NCBI GenBank assembly: GCA_900128395.1
Contig: LT649256.1
Location: 1 to 57,485 of the forward strand
Direction: 5' to 3'
DNA length: 57,485 nt
Source: Stramenopiles sp. TOSAG23-2
Lineage: Eukaryota
The position numbers and the translations under genes were made by a program. The notes under the pieces are model-generated. The model was not told the origin of the DNA and made no database searches. It saw only the letters and a list, made by a program, of their open reading frames with translations. Shown piece after piece: positions 21,201 to 29,841 of the stretch; positions within the stretch are counted from its first letter, which is position 1; each line of letters begins with the position of its first letter.

Positions 21201-22617
21201 ATTACAACATGAATCAATTGATGTAAATAAAACAAGAACGGATGATGGTGGGACACCTTTGTATATAGCTGCACAAGAAGGCCATAAAGATATAGTTGAT
21301 GCATTATTACAATGTGAATCAATTGATGTAAATAAAGCAACAACGGATGATGGCTTGACACCGTTGTTTAGAGCAGCAGTGTACGGTCATAAAGATATTG
21401 TTGATGTATTATTACAACATGAATCAATTGATGTAAATAAAGCAACAACGGATGATGGTGCAACACCTTTGTTTAGAGCTGCAGATGACGGCCATAAAGA
21501 TATTGTTGATATATTATTACAACATGAATCAATTGATGTAAATAAAACAAGAACGGATGATGGTGCAACACCTTTGTTTAAAGCTGCAGAGTACGGCCAT
21601 AAAGATATAGTTGATGCATTATTACAATGTGAATCAATTGATGTAAATAAAGCAACAACGGATGATGGCTTGACACCGTTGTTTAGAGCAGTAGTGTACG
21701 GTCATAAAGATATTGTTGATGCATTATTACAACATGAATCAATTGATGTAAATAAAACAAGAACGGATGATGGTGCAACACCTTTGTTTAAAGCTGCAGA
21801 GTACGGCCATAAAGATATAGTTGATGCATTATTACAATGTGAATCAATTGATGTAAATAAAGCAACAACGGATGATGGCTTGACACCGTTGTTTAGAGCA
21901 GCAGTGTACGGTCATAAAGATATTGTTGATGTATTATTACAACATGAATCAATTGATGTAAACAAAGCAACAACGGATGATGGTGCAACACCTTTGTTTA
22001 AAGCTGCAGATGACGGTCATAAAGATATTGTTGATGTATTATTACAACATGAATCAATTGATGTAAACAAAGCAACAACGGATGATGGTGCAACACCTTT
22101 GTTTAAAGCTGCAGATGACGGTCATAAAGATATTGTTGATGTATTATTACAACATGAATCAATTGATGTAAATAAAGCAACAACGGATGATGGTGCAACA
22201 CCTTTGTTTAGAGCAGCAGTGGACGGTCATAAAGATATTGTTGATATATTATTACAACATGAATCAATTGATGTAAACAAAGCAACAACGGATGATGGCT
22301 GGACACCGTTGTTTAGAGCAGCAGAGCACGGCCATAAAGATATTGTTGATGCATTATTACAATGTGAATCAATTGATGTAAATAAAGCAACAACGGATAA
22401 TGGTACGACACCTTTGTATATAGCTGCACAAAACGGCCATAAAGATATTGTTGATGCATTATTACGACATGAATCAATTGATATAAATAAAGCAAGAACG
22501 GATGATGACATGACACCATTACTTATAGCTTCTCAAATCGGCCATATTGAAATCATGGAACAATTGAAAAATCATGGTGCAAATGACAATGCTGAATTGT
22601 CTGCAGGAAAGAACTAA
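18223..22617 (+). CDS. RRM - U-box - U-box - ankyrin-repeat protein (putative E3 ubiquitin ligase)
   Basis: RRM (VHISNLP...KGWGFVTF); two U-boxes (DPVxxCDGNTYS..I.KW....TSPLT...YPN); more than 25 ankyrin repeats (TPL..AA..GH). Confidence 0.92.
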   Translation: MASQVAAEQENATITVPPFKVHISNLPLDCMEHHIPNFFMEDRDDIKNIKIKRLNGNSKGWGFVTFGTLESMKHALTLSGKGFGGNIIKVKVAIDNNDEQKKTLLTCVIAEETLDDPVVLCDGNTYSRNAIEKWLEVYNTSPLTKKELTTKILYPNLFAQKKLRKCKETGNEKNDANILGFFSVPKMSIDLLNRTKNPQRDEGEDNSNSILSNGYPAPFIVDNAPANNNNNITPLPSTSPLNKSGEIQSDNDPSPPQMKRIKSLQVASPEEIDLMCIFTQQLFEDPVITCDGNTYSEKNIKKWFEEHNTSPLTNKQLSTKIYYPNIMVEKYVLAYKEKLGIKLIELIERKEMKRIEEMLEEGKADLNLCRPEDGKSAASMAFELGLKDVLYSLYLKGAVECQRQQDIVELIFSIENVDMSKLLQAASEFGHNGMFEKYVLAYKEKLGIKLIELIERKEMKRIEEMLEEGKADLNLCRPEDGKSAASMAFELGLKDVLYSLYLKGAVECQRQQDIVELIFSIENVDTSKLLQAASEFGHKGMFELIFNANDNDNNKLHQNNHTLLHVAAENGHIEIVDLLLKVRNLDVNKADDVIGETALLKAARKGQHAIVARLLNAKGINVNKEKVTGSTPLFVAVSKGHKAIVELLLSANDIDVNKTDNDGWTSLLLSVHEGHKYIVESLLKVNDIRINKANSDNETPLNRAASQGNLEIVELLLKVNDVKVNMANDNGYTPLITAATKGHKEIVELLLKVNDIKVNVANNDGYTPLFIAATKGDKEIVELLLKVNDIDVNKTDNDNETPLFMTVRQGNIEIVKLLLNANDIDINKSDVTARTPLYKAVSEGHKDIVELLLKVNNVDINKTNNEGYTPLMKAASEGHKEIFELLLNVNDIAIDVNKGTTDDGKTPLYFAAQYGHKDIVNVLLQHESVDVNKATTDDGWTPLYVAADDGHKDIVDILLQHESIDVNKATTDDGWTPLFRAAEHGHKDIVDILLQHESIDVNKTRTDDGGTPLYIAAQEGHKDIVDALLQCESIDVNKATTDDGLTPLFRAAVYGHKDIVDVLLQHESIDVNKATTDDGATPLFRAADDGHKDIVDILLQHESIDVNKTRTDDGATPLFKAAEYGHKDIVDALLQCESIDVNKATTDDGLTPLFRAVVYGHKDIVDALLQHESIDVNKTRTDDGATPLFKAAEYGHKDIVDALLQCESIDVNKATTDDGLTPLFRAAVYGHKDIVDVLLQHESIDVNKATTDDGATPLFKAADDGHKDIVDVLLQHESIDVNKATTDDGATPLFKAADDGHKDIVDVLLQHESIDVNKATTDDGATPLFRAAVDGHKDIVDILLQHESIDVNKATTDDGWTPLFRAAEHGHKDIVDALLQCESIDVNKATTDNGTTPLYIAAQNGHKDIVDALLRHESIDINKARTDDDMTPLLIASQIGHIEIMEQLKNHGANDNAELSAGKN
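19207..19848 (+). repeat. In-frame 321-bp (107 aa) tandem duplication
   Basis: 19207..19527 and 19528..19848 differ at only about 3 positions; CATGkTTGAA microhomology at start, junction and end. Confidence 0.95.
20902..22476 (+). repeat. 15 x 105-bp (35 aa) highly conserved ankyrin tandem array
   Basis: Unit IDVNK(AT/TR)TDDGxTPLxxAAxxGHKDIVDxLLQ(H/C)ES; ATTGATGTAAATAAA recurs every 105 bp. Confidence 0.95.
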
Positions 22618-22696
22618 GGTGCAAATGCAATATGGTGTGCAGCATATGGTGGTAAAGTTGAATCTATAGAAATTTTAATATCATGGCAAGTGACAG

Positions 22697-22850
22697 TAAT
22701 GATGTGATGGTGCTGGTGGTAGAAAAAACTAAAAAAAAACGTGCTGAAAATATAATAATTGAAAATTATTATACTAATACGAGGAGTCGCTAAATTTTCT
22801 ATGTATATGGAGATATAACAGGGAAAAAGACAGAGAAGGCACCCCTCCTT
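22697..22850 (+). repeat. Degenerate direct repeat copy B (partner at 17424..17624)
   Basis: Same ordered blocks as copy A, ending GAAGGCACCCCTCCTT. Confidence 0.85.
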
Positions 22851-23331
22851 GTCCAAATCCTCCGTTTTCCCTCTCAGGAAGATATAGCTACAGTATTTTT
22901 AGAACCACCTGTACAAAGACGTAATGATAAGGTAAGCTGATGCAGAGTCCTATATTGTAAAATATCGGATATTTATTTTAACATATTGACAGAAAAATCG
23001 ATTACATTTTTGTACTTTCGGTCCAATATTATTCTAGAACTAGCGTTGTAAGGGTCTTGAGAAAATTGAAATACGCAGGTAGAAAAAACATTTTAAAACG
23101 ATACACTATTGACTTAAAATAACATACACATAGCATTATTTCCCATCTAATCTTCCTCAATTCGACGTGTCCATCCATCCATTGCAAGTTGCCATTTTTT
23201 TACAATTTTATTTAATAGATACCTCTCTTGATATAATAGAAAGATGAAAGACGTTCCATGTATGTATATTATATATTGGAATAAATCAAACTTTCAGAAT
23301 ATATATATATGTATTAATTGTACGATACATC

Positions 23332-23937
23332 ATGAGTAGACGAAAACAACAACGAAATAATTATAGTGAGAGTGATAGTAGTAGCGATGATGATGATGCA
23401 CCAGAGGAAGTATCTACATCAAATTGGGGAAAAGAAACATTTTTATCGAAAAAACTATCAGAACAAAATGCAAAAGATGAAATTAAACGTATAGCTACAG
23501 AACGTAGAAAAGCTATTGCAGATAAAATAAGAAAACGACAAGAAGAATCTAAGAAACAAAAAGCATTGAAATTGAAACAAGAAGAGGCGGAAAGGCAACG
23601 TAGAATTGCTAATGGTGAAGAGGAAGAAGAAGACGATGAAGATGATGAAGATGAATATAATAATAATAATAATAATGAAAAACAACAACGTATTGATTAT
23701 ACAAAACCACAATTGAAGGAAGGATTTCATATTCAAGTATTACCAGACGATGATGATGATGAACATGTTGGATATAAAAAGGTTGAAAAATCAGCATTAG
23801 ATTTTGCACAAAATGCATTATATAGAAATCAAAATCGTGTACCAACACATTTAGCAATTTCAACGAAACGTAAAGGAAGGCCAGCATATCATTTTAATCA
23901 AAATAAAGCATCAAAAAAAAAGAAAAAAAGAAGTTAA
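23332..23937 (+). CDS. Charged low-complexity protein, possibly nucleolar (Bud21/NOL7-like DDAPEEVS motif)
   Basis: Clean 201-aa ORF; SDDDDAPEEVS followed by a coiled coil; Lys-rich NLS-like C-terminus. Family assignment is weak. Confidence 0.65.
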   Translation: MSRRKQQRNNYSESDSSSDDDDAPEEVSTSNWGKETFLSKKLSEQNAKDEIKRIATERRKAIADKIRKRQEESKKQKALKLKQEEAERQRRIANGEEEEEDDEDDEDEYNNNNNNEKQQRIDYTKPQLKEGFHIQVLPDDDDDEHVGYKKVEKSALDFAQNALYRNQNRVPTHLAISTKRKGRPAYHFNQNKASKKKKKRS

Positions 23938-24250
23938 AAAAAAATAAACACATCAAGATTTTTATTAAATATATGATATAATTGATTAATTTTATTTATG
24001 TTAACGATGCTTGATTTTATACACGAGAAGCCGTATATAAAATATACGGGCTTCGTCATAAAAAAATGCAATAAATCTGAATCCCTCTACTATCTCCTTG
24101 TAAATACCTGTGGTAAATATTTTATATATTTTTGTGTTTCTCAAGATGTAACAAAAATAAATCTGAACTCGTCTACAGTTGTTTATAGTACTCTCTCATA
24201 TATTTTGAGATTTTCATTTTTTATAATAAAAAAAACAGAGTCACCTCTTC

Positions 24251-25231
24251 TCATCCTTCCTCCTCGTCCAATTTTGTAAATTTAACTTTACCATTTTGAA
24301 TCAATTGACTTTTACGTCGTCGTGGTGTTCGAATATCAACTTTTACAAATTCAACTTTAGTAGCAGTATCTTTTTCAACCAATGTTTTCTTTTCTTCCTC
24401 CTCCTCCTCCATCTCACCTACTACTACTCCCCCCCCCCTTCTCCTCCTCCTCGCCATAGTACGCGGTATTACTCTACCAATTTTCCACTTCTCCACATCA
24501 CGTTCTGAATACCCAATTTCCATAAAATCAACATACCCTTTCAAACGGATCCAATAGAACAACACCAACATAACCAATACTCCACGTGGCATCCATATAA
24601 AAAAAGATCCACTTAACGCTTCTTCTCCACCATATATATTTGCATACGTTGCCATTAAACCAACTGTGTACAACCAAACCATAGCAGCATCAAGCCCAGT
24701 TTGTATACAATTTGGGTCGAACATCCTTCGGTCGCGTTGATGGTAATATGGTGGATACCGTATACCTGCAAACAATAAAATGATACCACCTACTAAAACA
24801 ACCCAAGATGCTATAATACCATTTTGAACTTTACCCAAGAAGATGGTAAAACAAAGCAATAATAATTTTACAAATACAACAACTCCATCGTATTCTAAAT
24901 TGTTTGAGCTATACGGATGTTCTGCATGGCGATGTGGACTGGTATCATCCGACCAATCCCATATTTGAGGTATTTTCATTTCAATTGCTGGCAAATGATA
25001 ATCCACTTTGACAAGGCGTGGAATCAACACTACTAGAATCATCATGCAAGGACATGTGTAAATCATATACTTTGTAATATGATGGAAAGTAAAACATTCA
25101 ACGCAAGGATCGGCGTCCAAATGCCACATGGTTTTGGTTGCAAAAAGATTCATTGTAGTATGGTTGTTATATGCAGTTTTATTTTGCTCTGAGAACGTGG
25201 TGCCACTTTTGCAGGACCGTGGGGATATGAA
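24251..25231 (-). pseudogene. 5'-truncated multi-TM protein (C-terminal membrane region only)
   Basis: Frame is open back to 25231. LDADPCVECF...H then TM helices, YDGVVVFVKLLL and PPY motifs parallel the 50428..51990 protein (LDMDPEISC...H, YEFVVILQKILI, RPY). No room upstream for a promoter or N-terminus. Confidence 0.55.
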
Positions 25232-25299
25232 TTATATGGACATCACTTGCAAAGCACCTCTTCTTTTTAATAACGTCACAAATACCCAAGGTCCAAGTT

Positions 25300-25921
25300 T
25301 GGTAGTAGATATATTATGGGTTTTAATGTATGTATATGGTACATTGGCAATAATTAGTGTATTGTTTGTAGTTGCTGTATTAATTGCCCTACCATTTATC
25401 TTTATATGGGAATCTTTCGACGAGATTGCAGACGCATTTCCACGAATTGCGTTTTTTCAATTGGGAAAATATTTTGATTGATATGGAGTTTACAAAAATA
25501 GCATCAATGCGATCGTTTGAACGGCGTGTTAGAAATGCATCTACGTTGAAAAATGTACCATCATTAGACACCATAGAAAAAGAACTGGAACGTGTTGGAT
25601 TTATAGTAATTGATAATGCATTTTGAAGAAAATGTGTCAAAAGAATGTATAAAAGAAATAGATGAAATGTATTTTAAAAATGTTTTAACACCTGGTAAAA
25701 TAGATGATAAAGTTATCGATCCAAAAACTGGTACATATAAAATGTATCGTTCCGATTATAAAATATATTTTTTTGGTTCAAAATCAAATAGTGAAAACGA
25801 ACGTTTCAACCATGCTAAAATTAAATATGCATATATAATAAAAGCGATGAAATATCATTTAGATATAAATTGCGTGAACAAATGCTACATTTTTATAAAA
25901 AATATAAAGTTTTTATTTTAA
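25300..25921 (+). pseudogene. Frameshifted fragment of a 2OG-Fe(II) oxygenase (EGLN/PHD-like) with an upstream TM helix
   Basis: Removing one T at each of two T-runs (~25452, ~25621) joins three ORFs: TM helix...IAFFNWENILIDMEF...LERVGFIVIDNAFEE...LTPGKI...YRSDY, similar to the N-terminal part of prolyl-hydroxylase domains. No HxD...H catalytic region follows. Confidence 0.45.
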
Positions 25922-26121
25922 TATATTTTAAAATATACCAGAGTATCATATGCATATGTATTTTTATTAATAATCTCATTTAAATTAATAATACACGTAA
26001 CTCTCATTTTTTTCAAATTTTTTTCAACACACCACATACCACATTAAAATATCAATACGAACCAGTTCGTAAATAAAAAATATTATACGAAGTCGTATAC
26101 ATTATCAAACTCTTTTCCTTT

Positions 26122-28236
26122 TTATTCAACATCATCAACCCAATAATGCATCTGGCATTCCCCCCAAACCGATGCAGCTGCAAGTAATGTATTGGGATCA
26201 TGCACATAAATTTCACCAGAAATGTTTGGAATAAGTTCTTTCATTTGCTTTGCCAAATTATGTGCATAATCTGGGCGTCCAATACTACTAATGCAAACGT
26301 TTTTAATAAATTTACCTTTCGTTAACTCGGCCATTTTTTCAAAGGTTTCTTTTGTCATTTGATCCTTCGCTTCTTGCCCAGCTTCAGCTTCAGCAATTAC
26401 AGCAAAAAATGCTGCAACTTTCCACATCGATTTTGGTGGATTGTCCCTAGGTTCACCAACATTGTCAGGTAAACAGCCTGTAATGAACGTTTGCCCAGGT
26501 TTAATTTGAGAACCATCACCTAATGATTTAATACGTCCAGTTTTGGCTAATTGAACTACTGATTCAGACGCACTCCAAAACATGTGATATGCCCTTTTAT
26601 CGACATAGTTCATACGTGCAATAGCTTCATCTTTTGTCATTCCAGCCTCTGCACATCGTAATCCTTCCATAACCATTTGAGCACTCTCACAACCTATGTA
26701 TCCTGAATCCCACATTGTAATACGTTTTTGCTCTTCTTCTGTACACATTTTCAATGCGGCAAAACAATTTCTTGTAAACGCGGATCCCCAACCTGCTAAT
26801 GTCAATGCTAGTACATCTTTCCCTGGATTTTCACTTAATGCTTTTTTTAAAGCAAATTTATATGTAATTGGTGTAGCTGCTGCAGTAAAAACACGCTCCG
26901 GTTCATTTCTTAATTTTTGATATATTGGCAATGGTGGGAAATTATCATAATCCGAGACAACAACTGGCTCGCCTGTGCTTTTAGGAATAATATAAGCTTC
27001 CAATAAGTTGATATATCTATGATGGCCAATTGGTACTAAACCATCACATGCTATCACAAACTTAGCGTTAGACATGTCGTATAGAGCCTTGCCATGTTCC
27101 AATTCATATTCAAGAAACATATCTTCCACTTTTTCTTTGAATACACGCCCTGGCCTTTTTTCATCATTTGAAAACGTACCAGCAATTTCAAATACTTTTT
27201 CTGGATTATTTGTATGAACATGTATTTTACACATATCTCCACCAGTTTTAGATGGTGCTTGAACGGCAACAAAACTATCACCTAATTCATTTGCGTCAAT
27301 TTCAGTTTGAAATGCTTTTTCAATATCAACTTTCGTTACACCATCTTTCAATTGAACAACAGCTTCCGTGCAAAATTGGAATTTGGAACCTTCCACAATA
27401 TGTTCTACATCTTTAGTCAATTTTTCATCCAAATCTTCCGAGCCTAATTTCACTGCCATAATGATGGAAGGATCATCCATTTTTAATTCACCTTTTATTG
27501 CTTTAAGTATACCTTCAATGATAAATACAAAGCCAGCAGCACCACTATCAACAACTCCAGCTTCTTTTAAAATAAATTTACCATCCACTTGTAATTGATC
27601 TGGTGTCTTTGCTAATTCTTCCGCTGCTTTAGCATACCAATTTGTAACAAAGCTTTCCAACGTCTTACCAGTGCAATCAACATTTTGGCAACAATCGCGT
27701 GCAACACTACACATTGTACCTTCAACCATATTTGATACAGCATTTTGCATTGAAACTCCAGCTGCGGATATTGCAGCAGCATATTCTTCCACAGTAATTT
27801 CCTCTTTCCCAAGTTTTCCAATTTCTCTTGATAATGAAATGTAAAAGTGTGATAAAATTGTACCACTATTGCCTTGGCCATATATCAATACATCAGCAGC
27901 AAAGTTTCTAGATGCTTGTACAATACTTTTTGGTGGGTCCAAAAATAAAGTTTTTACTGGATTTTTTAAACAAATACACATGTTGTTTCCAGTGTCACCA
28001 TCTGGTATTGGGAAAACATTCGTAACATTTAAATGATTTTTTTTCTCTGTTAAGAAAATCAATGCTGCCATAGTCATTTGCGTGTAAGCATATCCATCTA
28101 CCATGGTAATTTCTTTTGTTAAATCAGATAAAAGTTCTAATTTCTCAATTTTTTGTACAGACCTTGTTTTTTCTACTAATGCATTACGTTCTGCAAGGTA
28201 TTTCTCAAATTCTTCTTCATCATTAATGGATGCCAT
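26122..28236 (-). CDS. DAK2 (FakA-like) - DegV (FakB-like) fusion, fatty acid kinase type
   Basis: NVFPIPDGDTGNNM, GQGNSGTILS, EGTM, AGVVDSGAAG, FCTE, KIHVHTNNP, KVEDM (FakA). C-terminal ~300 aa has TAAATP, DSG...MVMEG and LAKTGRI (DegV-like). Confidence 0.85.
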   Translation of the reverse strand: MASINDEEEFEKYLAERNALVEKTRSVQKIEKLELLSDLTKEITMVDGYAYTQMTMAALIFLTEKKNHLNVTNVFPIPDGDTGNNMCICLKNPVKTLFLDPPKSIVQASRNFAADVLIYGQGNSGTILSHFYISLSREIGKLGKEEITVEEYAAAISAAGVSMQNAVSNMVEGTMCSVARDCCQNVDCTGKTLESFVTNWYAKAAEELAKTPDQLQVDGKFILKEAGVVDSGAAGFVFIIEGILKAIKGELKMDDPSIIMAVKLGSEDLDEKLTKDVEHIVEGSKFQFCTEAVVQLKDGVTKVDIEKAFQTEIDANELGDSFVAVQAPSKTGGDMCKIHVHTNNPEKVFEIAGTFSNDEKRPGRVFKEKVEDMFLEYELEHGKALYDMSNAKFVIACDGLVPIGHHRYINLLEAYIIPKSTGEPVVVSDYDNFPPLPIYQKLRNEPERVFTAAATPITYKFALKKALSENPGKDVLALTLAGWGSAFTRNCFAALKMCTEEEQKRITMWDSGYIGCESAQMVMEGLRCAEAGMTKDEAIARMNYVDKRAYHMFWSASESVVQLAKTGRIKSLGDGSQIKPGQTFITGCLPDNVGEPRDNPPKSMWKVAAFFAVIAEAEAGQEAKDQMTKETFEKMAELTKGKFIKNVCISSIGRPDYAHNLAKQMKELIPNISGEIYVHDPNTLLAAASVWGECQMHYWVDDVE

Positions 28237-28500
28237 GTTCTGTTTTTTTTTTCGTTTTTTAAAAGATTAATATATATATATAGATATAGATGTACAATAC
28301 AATATATTCTTTCAATGATTATACATTGTTTCCTTTTGCCTCTAGCTGAGGAGAGGATATCTATTTTATATAAATATATATATTATATATTAGTACTTCA
28401 AGTTGTTTTTTTCGCAACAAAATTAAAAAAAAAAAGACAGATTCCGGGTTAGAACGTAAAATAAATCTATATATATAGGAATATCATTATATTCTACTAA

Positions 28501-28646
28501 GTACAAATATGTCTATCGCAATAATATGTACACAGCATTAAATTATAACACCTGCTATTCCCATACTAAATCAGTACAAATATGTCTTTCGCAATACTAT
28601 ATACACAGCATTGAATTATAACACCTGCTATTCCCATACTAAATCA
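28501..28646. repeat. 2 x 73-bp tandem duplication in divergent promoter region
   Basis: GTACAAATATGTCTwTCGCAATA...ACACCTGCTATTCCCATACTAAATCA at 28501 and 28574, about 4 mismatches. Confidence 0.92.
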
Positions 28647-29024
28647 CCAACCCGACGTTTTTTATTTTGAGATCCAGAGATCCGCCGTCTCACATTTACA
28701 AGGAGTGTAAGGTGTATTTATTATTATTATTATAAGTACGGGCCACAAGGAGTTTTTTGCGTGGAAAATGTGAAAGATACCGGAGCAGCTCTATAATACC
28801 TGGTATACTAATACGACTAGCACACTACTATAACAATACGACTACTAAACTTTTTTAGCACTTTTTACACAACAAATTAATAAAATAAAATGGAGTAAAC
28901 ATTGCCAGGATTGCTCACTATAATAGATAAATACTGTTGTAGAAGGAGACATACTCGAAATTGGATACGGATGTATACATCCCCCGTTATATATATATGT
29001 ATATTTAGTTGTGTTTATTCAAAA

Positions 29025-29801
29025 ATGAGTAAAAAAAGATGGGGTACATGGGGACATGATGACCGTGAAGATGATAATCCATGGAAGAAAAGAAAATGGG
29101 GTGATAATCATGAGGATAATTATAATAATAGCTGGGGTAATAAAAAAATTAATAACACAAAGAATTATAACGCTCAGCAACAAAATTTCGATTTTAAACT
29201 TCATTCCAATAATCATTTGATATCTCCCCACGTCAGTATGCTTGAAAATAATTATTTGATTAATAATTTTTATAATATGCAACAGGATGGAGTTTTTGAT
29301 AGTTTTTTTAGGCTTGTACAAAAAGATTTACATAGAACAAAAAAAATTCGTATATATATAGTGTTTAATGCATTTGTTAAAGATATGTCTAAAGTATTTG
29401 AGTATCCACCGAGATATGAATATGTAAAAAGAAACGATTTGCATTATATGACACTTTCTTTATTTTATAGTAATGGTGGTTCGAAGGTTTTCTCATATGA
29501 AGCTAGTGCAAGAACAAATAGTACAACAGATGAAGTTGAATTTGCTTTAAAGTCATATGTTACAATGTTTGTTGCTATTGAACTACAGAAATTATATAAT
29601 TCAAACGTTCGTGGTGATAATAATAATAATAGTAGTAGTAGTAGTAGTAGTACTAATAATTATAATAAAAATAAAAGGGACAATTATATTAATGATAGTA
29701 ATGATGATAAAAATAAATGGGGCAATAATAATAATAATAATACTAACAATGATGATAAAAATAAAAGGGACAATTATGTTAACAATAAAAATAAATGGGG
29801 C

Positions 29802-29841
<40 letters not shown>

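Noticed and set aside
20902-22476. CRISPR-like array
   Set aside because: Units are in-frame 105-bp coding ankyrin repeats without unique spacers; eukaryotic context and no cas genes.
22615-22617. Stop-codon reassignment (TAA/TAG as sense) suggested by the in-frame ankyrin after TAA
   Set aside because: Other genes end at TAA/TAG followed by non-coding AT-rich DNA, and long ORFs contain no in-frame stops.
17424-22850. LTR retrotransposon
   Set aside because: No gag/pol, PBS/PPT or TG..CA termini; the repeats are short and degenerate.
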